A stretch of DNA of 64,000 nt, taken from NCBI GenBank assembly GCA_963666055.2, contig CAXWPH010000014.1, positions 192,001 through 256,000 on the forward strand. Direction: 5' to 3'. The stretch comes from Acidobacteriota bacterium. Lineage in GTDB: Bacteria > Acidobacteriota > UBA890 > WLXD01. Of the stretch, positions 40,149 to 50,097 are shown one piece after another (position 1 is the stretch's first letter; each line of letters begins with the position of its first letter). The notes under the pieces were generated by a model. The model worked only from the letters and a program-made list of their open reading frames with translations. It was not told the origin of the DNA and ran no database searches. Made by a program: the position numbers and the translations under genes.

Positions 40149-41276
40149 CTACGCTCGCAGAGTCCGTCGGTCTACCAAATAGCGCTCGATGCGACTCTCA
40201 CAAACGTCGTGGCCTATGCCCGGGCCCTGTGGCACGCGAACGTGGCCATCGCCGTCGAGCTCGACCTCGGGATCGATGATGTCTTGCTCCCAGTAGCGTC
40301 GCGACGCCGACAAGTCGTTGGACATCGTGAAGTTGGGCAGCGCCGCGACGGCGATGTTGTGCAGCCGGCCCACGCCGGATTCCAGCATTCCACCGCACCA
40401 CACCGGAATCCGACGCCGCTCGCACAAATCATGCACAGCGATTCCGGCCGACCGGCCACCAAGCCGCGAGCACTTGATGTTGATGATGCGCGCCGCCTTC
40501 GCCTCCAATGCCCGCTCGGTGATCTCCACTGTCTTGGCAGATTCGTCCAGGCATATCGGCGTTGCGACTTGGTCCTGAAATTCGGCGTGCAACTCGAGCT
40601 CGTCGTATTCGAACGGCTGTTCGATCATCTCCATATCGAAGCGGTCGAGCTCGACGATGTGCGGGATATCCTCGCGCCGATACGCGCAGTTGGCATCGAC
40701 CATGAGCGGAATGTCTCCGAACCGCTCCCGCACCTTGCCGACAACGCTCACATCTTTCCCCTTGGCGATCTTCAGCTTGATTCGCCGGTAGCCCTGAGCC
40801 AGCGCTGTATCGATCTGGTCGGCCAGCACCTCGAAGTCCTGCTGAATGCCGAGCGAAATGCCCACCATGATGCGGTCGCGCACCGGCCTGTCGCCAGCGT
40901 ACAGGCGGTGCACCGGCACGCCGCGTCGGCGAGCCTCGAGGTCCCAGACAGCCTCCTCGATCGCTGCCTTTGCCATCGGGTGCCAAGGCCACTTGGTCAT
41001 ACGGGAAGCGACGGCAGTTGCGGCACCCGCTTCCGGCAGATCGAGCTCGAACAGCTCCGGTGCCAGCAGATCCTCGATGATGTTTCGACAGGTCCCGACA
41101 GTCTCGTAGGTGTAGAAGGGCAGGCGATCGGCCCCCGACTCGCCCCACCCGAAGGCCCCCTCGGAATGCACGCGCACCAGCAGGATGTTGCGCTCGCCGA
41201 AGCCACCGCGCGAGATCTCGAACCAACCGACGAGCGGAATACGGATCTGAATCAAGTCCACCGCTTCGATCCTCAA
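40149..41276 (-). CDS. menC: o-succinylbenzoate synthase / N-succinylamino acid racemase (enolase superfamily)
   Basis: GYRRIKLKI, MVDAN, MIEQP, ICLDES, INIK..R.GG, WCGGMLESGVG, SASRRYWEQDI. Confidence 0.9.
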   Translation of the reverse strand: MRIEAVDLIQIRIPLVGWFEISRGGFGERNILLVRVHSEGAFGWGESGADRLPFYTYETVGTCRNIIEDLLAPELFELDLPEAGAATAVASRMTKWPWHPMAKAAIEEAVWDLEARRRGVPVHRLYAGDRPVRDRIMVGISLGIQQDFEVLADQIDTALAQGYRRIKLKIAKGKDVSVVGKVRERFGDIPLMVDANCAYRREDIPHIVELDRFDMEMIEQPFEYDELELHAEFQDQVATPICLDESAKTVEITERALEAKAARIINIKCSRLGGRSAGIAVHDLCERRRIPVWCGGMLESGVGRLHNIAVAALPNFTMSNDLSASRRYWEQDIIDPEVELDGDGHVRVPQGPGIGHDVCESRIERYLVDRRTLRA

Positions 41277-42196
41277 TGTTCCCTCCGATGCTCTTTGTCG
41301 ATGCGAAACGGGCCAAGGGCGGCTTCAGGAGCGCCGCGCTCGAGTACCAACAAGGTCCGCGGCGCCGGAACGACGAGGCGCACGCACTGGCGTACGAAGT
41401 AGCCACGGCCCAGATAATGCTGAAAGACCTGCCGCGTTGCCATTCTCCAAGCCAGAGCGGCGGTGGGGTCCGCTTCCATAACGGCCTGAATCGCCGTGGG
41501 TATCTCGCAGGCGACATGTTTCGCATCCAGACCCAGCTCGGGTGTCCCGGGTAGCGGCACGAGATCGTCGGGGGTCACAGTCGCCAGAGCCTCGGGAAGG
41601 TCAAATCGGCCGGCGGCAATCTCCTGCGCCAACGCGCCGCGCTCGCCGCGCTCGCGGGCCGCGACCCGTTCGGAGTCGAGGTGCCACGCAGCCAGCAGAC
41701 GATCCGTTGGTGTGCCCCGATGTAATCGGCTTGTTGTCTCGCCGTAGAGGTTCTCGAAGTAGGTCTCGACAATGATCCCGAGCTTGCCGAAGTTGAGATA
41801 GGAGTTCAGCGACCGCAATGGATCGAACGTCCAGGCCATCAGCCGTAGTCCCTGCTGCAGCGCGATCTCCCGTTGAGCCCACTTGAGACGCGCCCCGAGG
41901 CCCATCGAACGGCGCGATTCGTCCACCGCCAACATGTGCGAGTAATGCAGCGCCCGACCGCGGTCGTCCTCACCGCGAAAGCCGTAGCAAAAGGCAACCA
42001 GCTGATCGTTCGAGTCGAATGCTCCGAGCACCATTCCGCCAGCCTTCTGTGCCGCCACCAGCTGGGTCCGCGGGATCACGTCGAGGTCGCCGGCGAAATG
42101 CCAGGCGCGCCGCTGGAGCTCCTCGCACTCGATGTACTCGTTAATGCTCTCCAGCCGACGGATCGTGCAATCAGTGCCGCCTGGAATGTCGCTCAT
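41273..42196 (-). CDS. GNAT acyltransferase (probable amino-acid N-succinyltransferase)
   Basis: LHYSHMLAV..GLGARLKWAQRE..WTFDPL..N.YLN..KLG..NLYG..TDRLLA.W; coupled to the OSBS/NSAR gene. Confidence 0.85.
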   Translation of the reverse strand: MSDIPGGTDCTIRRLESINEYIECEELQRRAWHFAGDLDVIPRTQLVAAQKAGGMVLGAFDSNDQLVAFCYGFRGEDDRGRALHYSHMLAVDESRRSMGLGARLKWAQREIALQQGLRLMAWTFDPLRSLNSYLNFGKLGIIVETYFENLYGETTSRLHRGTPTDRLLAAWHLDSERVAARERGERGALAQEIAAGRFDLPEALATVTPDDLVPLPGTPELGLDAKHVACEIPTAIQAVMEADPTAALAWRMATRQVFQHYLGRGYFVRQCVRLVVPAPRTLLVLERGAPEAALGPFRIDKEHRREH

Positions 42197-42197
42197 C

Positions 42198-42956
42198 TCA
42201 GATGCCGGTCGGCAAGTCGATCCAACGCGCTTCGATGCCGAAACGCTCCGCCACCAAGTCGCCCACCGCCCGTACGCCGAAGGTCTCGGTCGCATAATGT
42301 CCTGCAAAGATGCAGTTGAGCCCAGCCTCCCGAGCATCGTGATAGGCCGAATGGCGCGGCTCACCGGTGATAAAACAATCGGCGCCGAGCGCCACAGCGT
42401 CATCGAGGACGCTGCACCCGCTACCGGTTACCACCGCGATCGTGCGCACCTCGTCGGCGCCAAACGCCCACATCAGCTGATCGTCGCAGCCGACAGCGGC
42501 CAGCCGACCGGCTAGTGTCGCCAGCGGAAGCGCCTCCGGCAGGCGAGCCAGGGTACCCACCAGCACACCGTTATGGTCGCCGAAGTGCGACTCGGGTACC
42601 GCCTGCAAGGCGCCGGCGAGCAACGCGTTGTTGCCCACCTCGGGGTGCAGGTCCAATGGTAGATGGGCCGCGTAGATCGACACTCCGCTGGCGTAGCACT
42701 GGCCGACGCGGGCGCCCAAGCGACCCCTGAGAGGCGCGCGATCGCCCCATAGCAGCCCGTGGTGGGCGATCATCAGCTGACACCCAGCGTTGGCGGCCAT
42801 CGTGATCGTCTCGGCCGCCGCATCGACCGCCACGGCAAGACGCTCTACTTGCTCGGAAGCCTCGACCTGAAGACCGTTCAGCGAGACGTCCGGCACCGCG
42901 TCGATGTCGAGGTAAGCGTTCAAAAAGGCGGCGATGTCGGCGAGCGGCGCTGCCAT
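42198..42956 (-). CDS. Nif3-like dinuclear metal centre protein
   Basis: NGLQV, AHHGL, AAHLPLD.HPEVGNN, ITGE, AGHYATE. Confidence 0.93.
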   Translation of the reverse strand: MAAPLADIAAFLNAYLDIDAVPDVSLNGLQVEASEQVERLAVAVDAAAETITMAANAGCQLMIAHHGLLWGDRAPLRGRLGARVGQCYASGVSIYAAHLPLDLHPEVGNNALLAGALQAVPESHFGDHNGVLVGTLARLPEALPLATLAGRLAAVGCDDQLMWAFGADEVRTIAVVTGSGCSVLDDAVALGADCFITGEPRHSAYHDAREAGLNCIFAGHYATETFGVRAVGDLVAERFGIEARWIDLPTGI

Positions 42957-42994
42957 GCGGGTCTCCGGGTGTCGGGGCTCGCGGCTACCTTACT

Positions 42995-44287
42995 TCAAGA
43001 ACCGTCCGTCGACGGAGACCATGGTCCGGCTATCGCCAGCGCATACGCATCCGGGTACAGCAACTCGTGCGCCGCAGCCTGTACCGCTTCTGTATCGACG
43101 CGATTCACGTAGCCCACCAGCCGCTCTAGGTAGTCGAGACCAAGATCGAACATCTCGATCTCATGCAGTAGCCCGGCCGCCCCCTCGTTGCTTTCGAGCG
43201 CTCGCGGCAAGGCCCGAATGGTAGCGGCCTTGGCGTTGTCGAGCTCGTCGGCGGTGACCGGCTCGGCCCGGATGCGCCGGATCTCCGCGAGCATCGCCTC
43301 GACGGCGGCTTCGACATGCTGTGGCTGAACACCGGCGCGAACCACGAACGGCCCTGGACCGAGGCCCGCAGCGAAGGCGCTGTACGTGTAGTATGCCATA
43401 CCCTGCTCTTCGCGCACCGCGCGCCCCAGCCGGCCGCCCATTGCGAATCGACCGAGGATTGTGTTCATCAGGGCAGCGGCATAGTAGCGCTCGTCACTAC
43501 GCCGGATCGAAGCATGGCCGAGGGCGATATCGACCTGCGCCTTGTCGGGCATCGCCGCGACGTGACGTTGGACCTCTTGCGGTGGCGCGACGTCGGCAAC
43601 CGCACATTGCGCTTGTCGATACCCGCCGCGAGGTGCGTCGTCGATCCAGCCGTCAAAGGCGTCGTGGGCGATTGCCAAGGCGGCGTCGGCATCGACGTTG
43701 CCGGCGACCACCAGCAGCGCCGCCGACGGACCGAAGAACCGTGCGTGGAATGCTCGGAGATCGTCTGCCCGGATCCCCTCGACCGTCGCCAAGGTCCCCC
43801 GCACGCGAGCCGCGTACGGGTGGCCGTCCGGGTATGCCAGCTCGCGCAGGGCGTGCATTGCCACGACGGCCGGGTCATCGCAATCTTCTCGGAGCGCGGT
43901 CAGACGGTCGCCGAGGAGCTTGGAGACCTCGGGATCGGGGAAAGTCGGACGCCGCGCACACTCCGCCAGCAGGCCCATGACCTCGGGCATGTCCTCGGCG
44001 CGTGACTTGGCTACCAAGCCGGCCGTATGGCGTCCCGCAGTGCCGCCAAGGTGGGCACCCCGAAAGTCGAGCACCTCGCCTACCGCAGCCTTGTCGCGCA
44101 GCTCGGTTCCACGCGTGAGCCCCCTTGCCATGAGCGTCGCCAGCCCCGCCTGCTCTGCCGGCTCGAAGCAGGCGCCAGCAGCAACGCTGAGGCTGAGGGT
44201 CACCGCCGAAGACGCATGGTTGGACTGGTGCATCACCACCAGTCCGTTGTCGAGCTGCGTGCGGGTGGGCGCAAATCCGGCGGTCAC
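42995..44287 (-). CDS. M16 peptidase family, non-catalytic subunit
   Basis: LDNGL, GLATL..GLTRGT (no HxxEH), RL...VREEQGMAY. Confidence 0.88.
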   Translation of the reverse strand: MTAGFAPTRTQLDNGLVVMHQSNHASSAVTLSLSVAAGACFEPAEQAGLATLMARGLTRGTELRDKAAVGEVLDFRGAHLGGTAGRHTAGLVAKSRAEDMPEVMGLLAECARRPTFPDPEVSKLLGDRLTALREDCDDPAVVAMHALRELAYPDGHPYAARVRGTLATVEGIRADDLRAFHARFFGPSAALLVVAGNVDADAALAIAHDAFDGWIDDAPRGGYRQAQCAVADVAPPQEVQRHVAAMPDKAQVDIALGHASIRRSDERYYAAALMNTILGRFAMGGRLGRAVREEQGMAYYTYSAFAAGLGPGPFVVRAGVQPQHVEAAVEAMLAEIRRIRAEPVTADELDNAKAATIRALPRALESNEGAAGLLHEIEMFDLGLDYLERLVGYVNRVDTEAVQAAAHELLYPDAYALAIAGPWSPSTDGS

Positions 44288-45576
44288 GAGTCCCTCCGCG
44301 GCACGAACCACCCCACCGTCCTCGCCTCGGGCCGCAGAAACCGCGCCGCGGCGCGTCGGACATCCGTGGCTGTTGTCGCCTCTACCGCGTTCGGCACCGC
44401 ATCCAGTGCGTCGATTGTGGCGATCGTCGCAAAATAACCGAGCTGATGTGCCACGTCGGTGACGCGTTCGGACTCGAACGCCAGCGCCGACAGCACCTGG
44501 TTCTTCGCCTTGTGGAGGGCTCGGTCGTCAACATCCTGGGTCGCCAATCCCTCCACCGATTCGGTCAGCGCTTCCTCGGCGCGCCGCGGCTCCACCCCGT
44601 CACGCAGTGTCGCCGAGAAGCCATAGAGGTAGGGCTCCTCAGTAGGCAGCACAGCCGAGCTGATCGACACCACCAGCTCGCTGTCTACCAGCGCCCCGTA
44701 GAGCGGCGACGTAACCCGCGCGTTGCGACCAAAGCCGCCACTCCAGAGGTTGATCCCCTTGCCGCCCGACAACAGTGCGTCGGCTACCAGCAAGGGCACG
44801 AAGTCGCTGTCCGAGAAGGCCGGTGCTCCATAGACGACCTGCAAATACGCCGCCGTGCCAGGCCGCTCGAGCACGACACGACGCTCGCCGTCCTGTCGGG
44901 GCTCATGCACGTTCTGGTACGGAGTGATCTCGGCGGCCGGAATACCACCGAAACGGCGCCTGGCCGCATCGACTGCCGCGTCCGCATCGACATCGCCAAC
45001 TACCACCAGGGTCGCGTTACCCGGATGGTAATACTGCCTGTAATGAGCAAACAGGTCGTCCCGCGTCATCGCCTCCAGATCGCTCTGCCAGCCGATGGTC
45101 GGCCACCGGTAGGGGTGCATGCGTAACGCCGCCGCAGTGACATCGATGTCGAGCAGGTACTCCGGGCTGTTGCTGTTGCCGTGCATCTCGGCAAGCACGA
45201 CCGTGCGCTCAGATTCGAACTCTTTCGGCTCGTATAGGCATTCCGTCATGCGATCGGACTCGATCCGCAAGGCCAGGTCGAGCTCGTCTGCGGCCAGGGT
45301 CTCGAAGTAAGTCGTCTGGTCGATCCACGTGTAGCCATTCCAGCTGCCGCCGGCGCGCTCGACCCACACTTTCAGATCCTCGCGAGAGATGTTCGCCGTG
45401 CCCTTGAAATTCATGTGCTCCGCAAAGTGCGAGGCTCCGGTCAGCCCCGGCGCCTCGTTCTTCGAGCCCACGTGGTACCAACACCAGACCGACACCAACG
45501 GCGCATTGTGTAGCGGTTGCACCACGACTCGCAGGCCGTTGTCGAGCGTCGCCTGAACCCGGCGATCAGCGGTCAT
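44284..45576 (-). CDS. M16 zinc peptidase, catalytic subunit
   Basis: LDNGL, VGSKNE..G.TG.SHFAEHM.FKGT (HxxEH), NGYT..DQT.Y, ER.VV..E. Confidence 0.92.
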   Translation of the reverse strand: MTADRRVQATLDNGLRVVVQPLHNAPLVSVWCWYHVGSKNEAPGLTGASHFAEHMNFKGTANISREDLKVWVERAGGSWNGYTWIDQTTYFETLAADELDLALRIESDRMTECLYEPKEFESERTVVLAEMHGNSNSPEYLLDIDVTAAALRMHPYRWPTIGWQSDLEAMTRDDLFAHYRQYYHPGNATLVVVGDVDADAAVDAARRRFGGIPAAEITPYQNVHEPRQDGERRVVLERPGTAAYLQVVYGAPAFSDSDFVPLLVADALLSGGKGINLWSGGFGRNARVTSPLYGALVDSELVVSISSAVLPTEEPYLYGFSATLRDGVEPRRAEEALTESVEGLATQDVDDRALHKAKNQVLSALAFESERVTDVAHQLGYFATIATIDALDAVPNAVEATTATDVRRAAARFLRPEARTVGWFVPRRDS

Positions 45577-45973
45577 CTCCCCTCCCTTCGTCGGAACCTT
45601 CCGCGAAGATGTCCGGGGCATAGCGTCGCATGAGCGCCTTCGTGCCACCGTTGATCGGCGCAAATGCCCGCTGCCCCACGTGTACCCGCCAGCGATAGTT
45701 GATGCCCGTATCACGCGGGACGCAATGAACGTCAAGCGTTCCGTAGAAGCTCGAAAGCACCTCCGCCGTGCAGTTGAGATCACCCTCGTCGTCGGCGATG
45801 AACTCTCCCAGCGGCGCCTGTCCACCGGCCTCGAAGGCTGTTACCACCTCGATCGATCGGCGAATGTCGCCTGCCCGATACATCCGGTTCACAGTGTAGA
45901 GGGTCGCTAATCCGAGGATCGCCGCGGGGATCACCAGGAACCAGTTGTCGCGTCCGATATGAAATCGTGCCAT
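45566..45973 (-). CDS. Hypothetical membrane-anchored protein
   Basis: 135-aa ORF with an N-terminal TM and two Cys; overlaps the start of the M16 gene. Confidence 0.6.
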   Translation of the reverse strand: MARFHIGRDNWFLVIPAAILGLATLYTVNRMYRAGDIRRSIEVVTAFEAGGQAPLGEFIADDEGDLNCTAEVLSSFYGTLDVHCVPRDTGINYRWRVHVGQRAFAPINGGTKALMRRYAPDIFAEGSDEGRGDDR

Positions 45974-45984
45974 TCGTTGCCTGG

Positions 45985-46259
45985 TAGCAAGGTGCTGAAG
46001 AACTCTGGTGGGTCTGGCGCGTGGGTCCTGCTGGCGAGATCAAGAAGGAGCGACGACGGCGATACCAGGGCGCATCGTCAAGGAGCTCTGACGCTGAGAT
46101 CGCCGGCAACCCCCAGGCCCCTACGGGTTACGGCGTCGTGGGGCCATCTGCAGTGTTGGTCCTCCTGGACGATACAACAAGCATTGCCTGCGTCGCGCCG
46201 CCTTGCATCCGGCCCCACGACGCCGTAACCAGACCCACCGGTTTTTCAGCACCCTGCTA
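45985..46259. mobile_element. Full-length MITE-like element, family A (~275 bp)
   Basis: TIRs TAGCAAGGTGCTGAAGAACTCTGGTGGGTCTGG / CCAGACCCACCGGTTTTTCAGCACCCTGCTA with TA at both ends; internal 20-bp inverted repeat GGTTACGGCGTCGTGGGGCC / GGCCCCACGACGCCGTAACC. Confidence 0.82.
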
Positions 46260-47651
46260 TACGACCAGGCCGGCCACGAGGTACAACAGCACCGCGATAC
46301 CTCCGCCCGCCAGCGCGTACGGAATCTGCGTGGTGACATGCTCTATGTGGTCGCATCCGGCCGACATCGACGAGACCACGGTGGTATCAGAGATCGGTGA
46401 GCAATGGTCGCCGAAGATCCCGCCACCCATCACCGCCGCCACGGCCAGTGGCACCGAAGAGCCGCTCTGAAGCGCCAGCGGAACAGCGATTGGTATGAGG
46501 ATGGCGAACGTGCCCCACGAGCTGCCGGTGGAGAAGGCGATTACGCATCCGGTGCCGAAGACGACCGGCGCCACGGTGATCGACGTCAAGAGCGGCGCCG
46601 CGATCGACGCCACCCAGGGCCCGGTGCCGAGCGCCCGACAGACTGCTCCGATGCCGAGCGCCAGCGTCAGAATCGCGGCCACAGGCACAAGCTCCTGAAA
46701 GCCCCGTATGGCCGAATTAGTCATCTCGGCGAACGAGAACAGCCCCTGCGCCCGATACAGCAGCATCGCCGCCAGCACGCCGCACGACGTCGCTAACAAT
46801 ACGGCGGTCGAGGCCGAGCCCTGTAGCCACTCGCCGGCTCCGGTGATGTACAGGACCACCGGCACCATGACCACCGTGACCACCACCGGCAAGACCAGAT
46901 TGCGCGCTTTCTTGCCCTGCTCGGGCGCGCGCTCGTCGAGATCTACCGTCGGGCCATCGACGCGGCCGGCGCCCTCCGCGGCCGCAGCCTCGGCTCTCGC
47001 CATGGGCCCGTAGTCGCGCCCGCTCAGCGCCACCAGGAAAACCGTCGCAAGTGCCAGCAGCGCATAGAAGTTGAGCGGGATAGCGGCCATCAGCACACCC
47101 AGCGGGTCGGCGAGCCCTTCGGCGGCGAGCAAGCTGATGATCAACGCACCCCAAGCGTTGATCGGGATCAGCATACAAATAGGTGCGGATGTCGAGTCGC
47201 ACACGTACGCGAGCTTGGCGCGCGAAAGGCCGACGCGATCGTAGAGCGGACGCGACACGGTGCCAGTTACGAGGCATGTGATGTTCGACTCGATGAAGAT
47301 CGCCATCCCGAGAAACGCCGAGATCAGCTGGGCGGAGCGCTTGCCGCGTACCCAACCGCGCGTTATCGCCCATTCGGCAAAGCCAGCGACTCCGCCGGAT
47401 TCACGCAACAGCACGATCAAGGCACCCACCATCAAGGTGAACATCAGCGTACGCGCGTTATCGGCATCGGAAATCACGCCGACGAGCTGTTCGATAGCGG
47501 TGGCGGCGCCAGCTAGCGGATTGAAGCCGGCAAGGATCGTGGTACCGATCCAGATCCCGGCGAACAGCGACAGGTGCACCTGGCGGGTCCGCAAGGCCAT
47601 GACGATGGCCAGGATCGGGGGCGCTATGGACAGCCAGCCATACGTCGACAT
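46257..47651 (-). CDS. Na+/H+ antiporter NhaC-family transporter
   Basis: WLSIAPP.LAI, LAYVCDSTSAP, FSTGSSWGTF, GDHCSPISDTTVVSS, HVTTQIPYAL. Confidence 0.9.
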   Translation of the reverse strand: MSTYGWLSIAPPILAIVMALRTRQVHLSLFAGIWIGTTILAGFNPLAGAATAIEQLVGVISDADNARTLMFTLMVGALIVLLRESGGVAGFAEWAITRGWVRGKRSAQLISAFLGMAIFIESNITCLVTGTVSRPLYDRVGLSRAKLAYVCDSTSAPICMLIPINAWGALIISLLAAEGLADPLGVLMAAIPLNFYALLALATVFLVALSGRDYGPMARAEAAAAEGAGRVDGPTVDLDERAPEQGKKARNLVLPVVVTVVMVPVVLYITGAGEWLQGSASTAVLLATSCGVLAAMLLYRAQGLFSFAEMTNSAIRGFQELVPVAAILTLALGIGAVCRALGTGPWVASIAAPLLTSITVAPVVFGTGCVIAFSTGSSWGTFAILIPIAVPLALQSGSSVPLAVAAVMGGGIFGDHCSPISDTTVVSSMSAGCDHIEHVTTQIPYALAGGGIAVLLYLVAGLVV

Positions 47652-47758
47652 GGATCTGCTTGGTAAGGGCGGTTTCGGGGCCGGGAGGGCGGCTATGTTA
47701 CCCCGCTGTCCGTGGCCCTGCCGAAATCGCGCTGGCCACACTGGTACACTCGCGAACG

Positions 47759-48508
47759 ATGACCACCCCCGCCGCACAGCTGGGCTACTACCACGGCGCC
47801 GAGCGCCTCCGGTACGTCGGCAGCTCGGCGGTCACGATGCTGGCGACGATCGTTCTCGGCACAGCGGAAATCCTCGTCTCGCTATTCGCCGCGCGTGACA
47901 CCATGACTCACGCCTGTGCCCGAATCTGGGGTGGCGCGATCCTGTGGATCCACGGTGTCGTGGTGGAAACCGAAGGCAGCGAGAATCTCGACCCCGACGC
48001 AGCCTACGTGCTCGTCGGCAACCACCAGTCGGCCCTCGACATCCCGGCCTTGCTGGTGGGATTGCCCGTGCCCTTCCGCTTGCCGCCTAGGGGATCGCTG
48101 TTCGGCATCCCGTTCGTCGGCTGGTACCTGCGACACGTCGGGTGCATGCGGGTGAACGCGGGCGCCGACGACTCGGTCGCCGAGGCACTCTCGAGTGCCC
48201 GGCAGGAAACCGCCGGGTCGATATCCACCGTCATCTTCGCCGCAGACACCCACACCGCCGAAGGAGAGCTACCGCGCTTCTGGAAGGGCGGCGCCGACCT
48301 AGCGTGTGCGGTTCGCGTGCCAATCGTGCCGCTGGTGCTGGTGAACAGCGGTGACCTCATGCCGATCGGCAGGCGCTTCGCGGATCCCGGCAGCATTCAG
48401 CTGCGGATCGGTGCACCGATAGAGCCCGATCCTCAAGTCTCCGCGAGCGATGTGGCCGCCGCGGTCGGTGATGCCGTAGCCGCGCTCAGGATGGCGCACG
48501 CCCGATGA
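47759..48508 (+). CDS. 1-acyl-sn-glycerol-3-phosphate acyltransferase-like (PlsC family, atypical)
   Basis: GNHQSALD, IPFVGW, F.KG, VPIVP; FPEGTR block replaced by FAADTH. Confidence 0.75.
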   Translation: MTTPAAQLGYYHGAERLRYVGSSAVTMLATIVLGTAEILVSLFAARDTMTHACARIWGGAILWIHGVVVETEGSENLDPDAAYVLVGNHQSALDIPALLVGLPVPFRLPPRGSLFGIPFVGWYLRHVGCMRVNAGADDSVAEALSSARQETAGSISTVIFAADTHTAEGELPRFWKGGADLACAVRVPIVPLVLVNSGDLMPIGRRFADPGSIQLRIGAPIEPDPQVSASDVAAAVGDAVAALRMAHAR

Positions 48509-49214
48509 TTCCACTGCGCGATGACAACCCGACGGATAACACACCTTGGGTGACCTATCTGCTATTTGGCGCCAATCTGGCGGTCTTCGTCTTCCAGCTG
48601 CAGGTGCGAATAACGGGCGGCGACCAGGCGTATTTGGCACTGGTCACACGGCTTGGGCTAGTTCCCGTCGCCCTGACCTCGCCGGCGCAGTGGATGCAGA
48701 TGCCCATCCCGGCACGGCTGACACTACTGACCTCGATGTTCGTGCACGGTGACCTGTTCCACCTGGGCGGCAACATGCTCTACCTGTGGGTATTCGCCGA
48801 CAACGTCGAGGACCGCCTCGGCTCGGTTCGCTTTCTGGCCTTCTACCTACTGTGCGGACTCAGTGCAGCGGGCGCGCAAGTGGTCCTCATGCCCGACAGC
48901 ACCATTCCGATGGTAGGCGCGAGCGGCGCCATCGCCGGGGTCCTGGGTGCCTACATGTTCCTGTACCCGACGGCCCGTGTGTTGACCCTCGTAGTCCTGG
49001 TGATCTTCATCCGCATCATGTACCTGCCGTCCATCTTGCTGTTGGGAATCTGGTTCCTGATTCAGCTTTGGTCGGCAAGCAGCGGCGGCACGGCGGGGTG
49101 GCGTGGTACGCGCACGTCGGCGGGTTCGTGGCCGGCCTGGTGCTCGTCGGAGTCTTCGCCAAGCGGGCGCGGCACCAGCGGCCGAGAGTCGAGACCTATC
49201 GACAGCGCCCGTAG
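48505..49214 (+). CDS. Rhomboid intramembrane serine protease (apparent 1-nt frameshift near 49097)
   Basis: MIPLRDDNP, SMFVHG..HLGGNMLYLW.F..NVED, VGASGAIAG; the AWYAHVGGF catalytic-His helix is in another frame ending at 49214. Confidence 0.85.
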
Positions 49215-49221
49215 CCGGCCG

Positions 49222-50097
49222 TTAGCTCGAAAGCACCTCGAGAGCCTTGGCGCCAATGTCCGACGGGCTGGCCACGACGTGGGCACCAGCATCTTGCAGT
49301 GCCTTCATCTTCTCCGCCGCCGTCCCCTTGCCGCCCGCGATGATGGCGCCCGCGTGCCCCATGCGCTTGCCGGGCGGGGCAGTCTGTCCGGCGATAAAAC
49401 AAACCACCGGCAGCGCGTAGTCGTCGGCAATATACTCTGCGGCCTCCTCCTCGCCGCTGCCGCCGATCTCGCCGATCAATACTACGGCCTCCGTCTGCTC
49501 GTCCTCGGCGAACAGCTCCAGGCAGTCGCGGAAGGTCGTGCCGATCACCGGGTCACCACCGATACCGATGCATGTCGTTTGGCCGAGACCGGCACGCGTC
49601 AGCTGGTCTACCGCCTCATAGGTGAGCGTGCCGGAACGTGAGATCACCCCGACACGCCCTGGCTGATGCACGAACCCCGGCATGATGCCGACCTTGCACT
49701 TACCCGGCGAGATTACGCCCGGACAGTTGGGACCAATGAGCCTGGTACCCCGTCCGTTGCAGTAGCCGACAACGGCGACCATATCGAGCGTCGGAATACC
49801 CTCGGTGATGCAGATGACCAGTCGCAACCCGGCATCAGCCGCCTCCATTACCGCGTCGGGAGCGAACCGCGGCGGAACGAACACCAGGGAGATCTCCGCT
49901 TCGGTCTCGCGCGTCGCGTCGAGCACCGTGTCGTATACCGGCACCGTGTCGTCGAAGCGAGTGCCGCCTTTCCCGGGTGTCACTCCGGCGACAATGCGGG
50001 TGCCGTACTCGATGCACTGGCGGCTATGAAACGAGCCTTCCGTACCGGTGATCCCTTGAACGAGGACGCGCGTGTCCGCGTCAACCAGGATGCTCAA
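49222..50097 (-). CDS. sucD: Succinyl-CoA ligase alpha subunit
   Basis: [38 protein letters not shown]. Confidence 0.97.
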   Translation of the reverse strand: MSILVDADTRVLVQGITGTEGSFHSRQCIEYGTRIVAGVTPGKGGTRFDDTVPVYDTVLDATRETEAEISLVFVPPRFAPDAVMEAADAGLRLVICITEGIPTLDMVAVVGYCNGRGTRLIGPNCPGVISPGKCKVGIMPGFVHQPGRVGVISRSGTLTYEAVDQLTRAGLGQTTCIGIGGDPVIGTTFRDCLELFAEDEQTEAVVLIGEIGGSGEEEAAEYIADDYALPVVCFIAGQTAPPGKRMGHAGAIIAGGKGTAAEKMKALQDAGAHVVASPSDIGAKALEVLSS

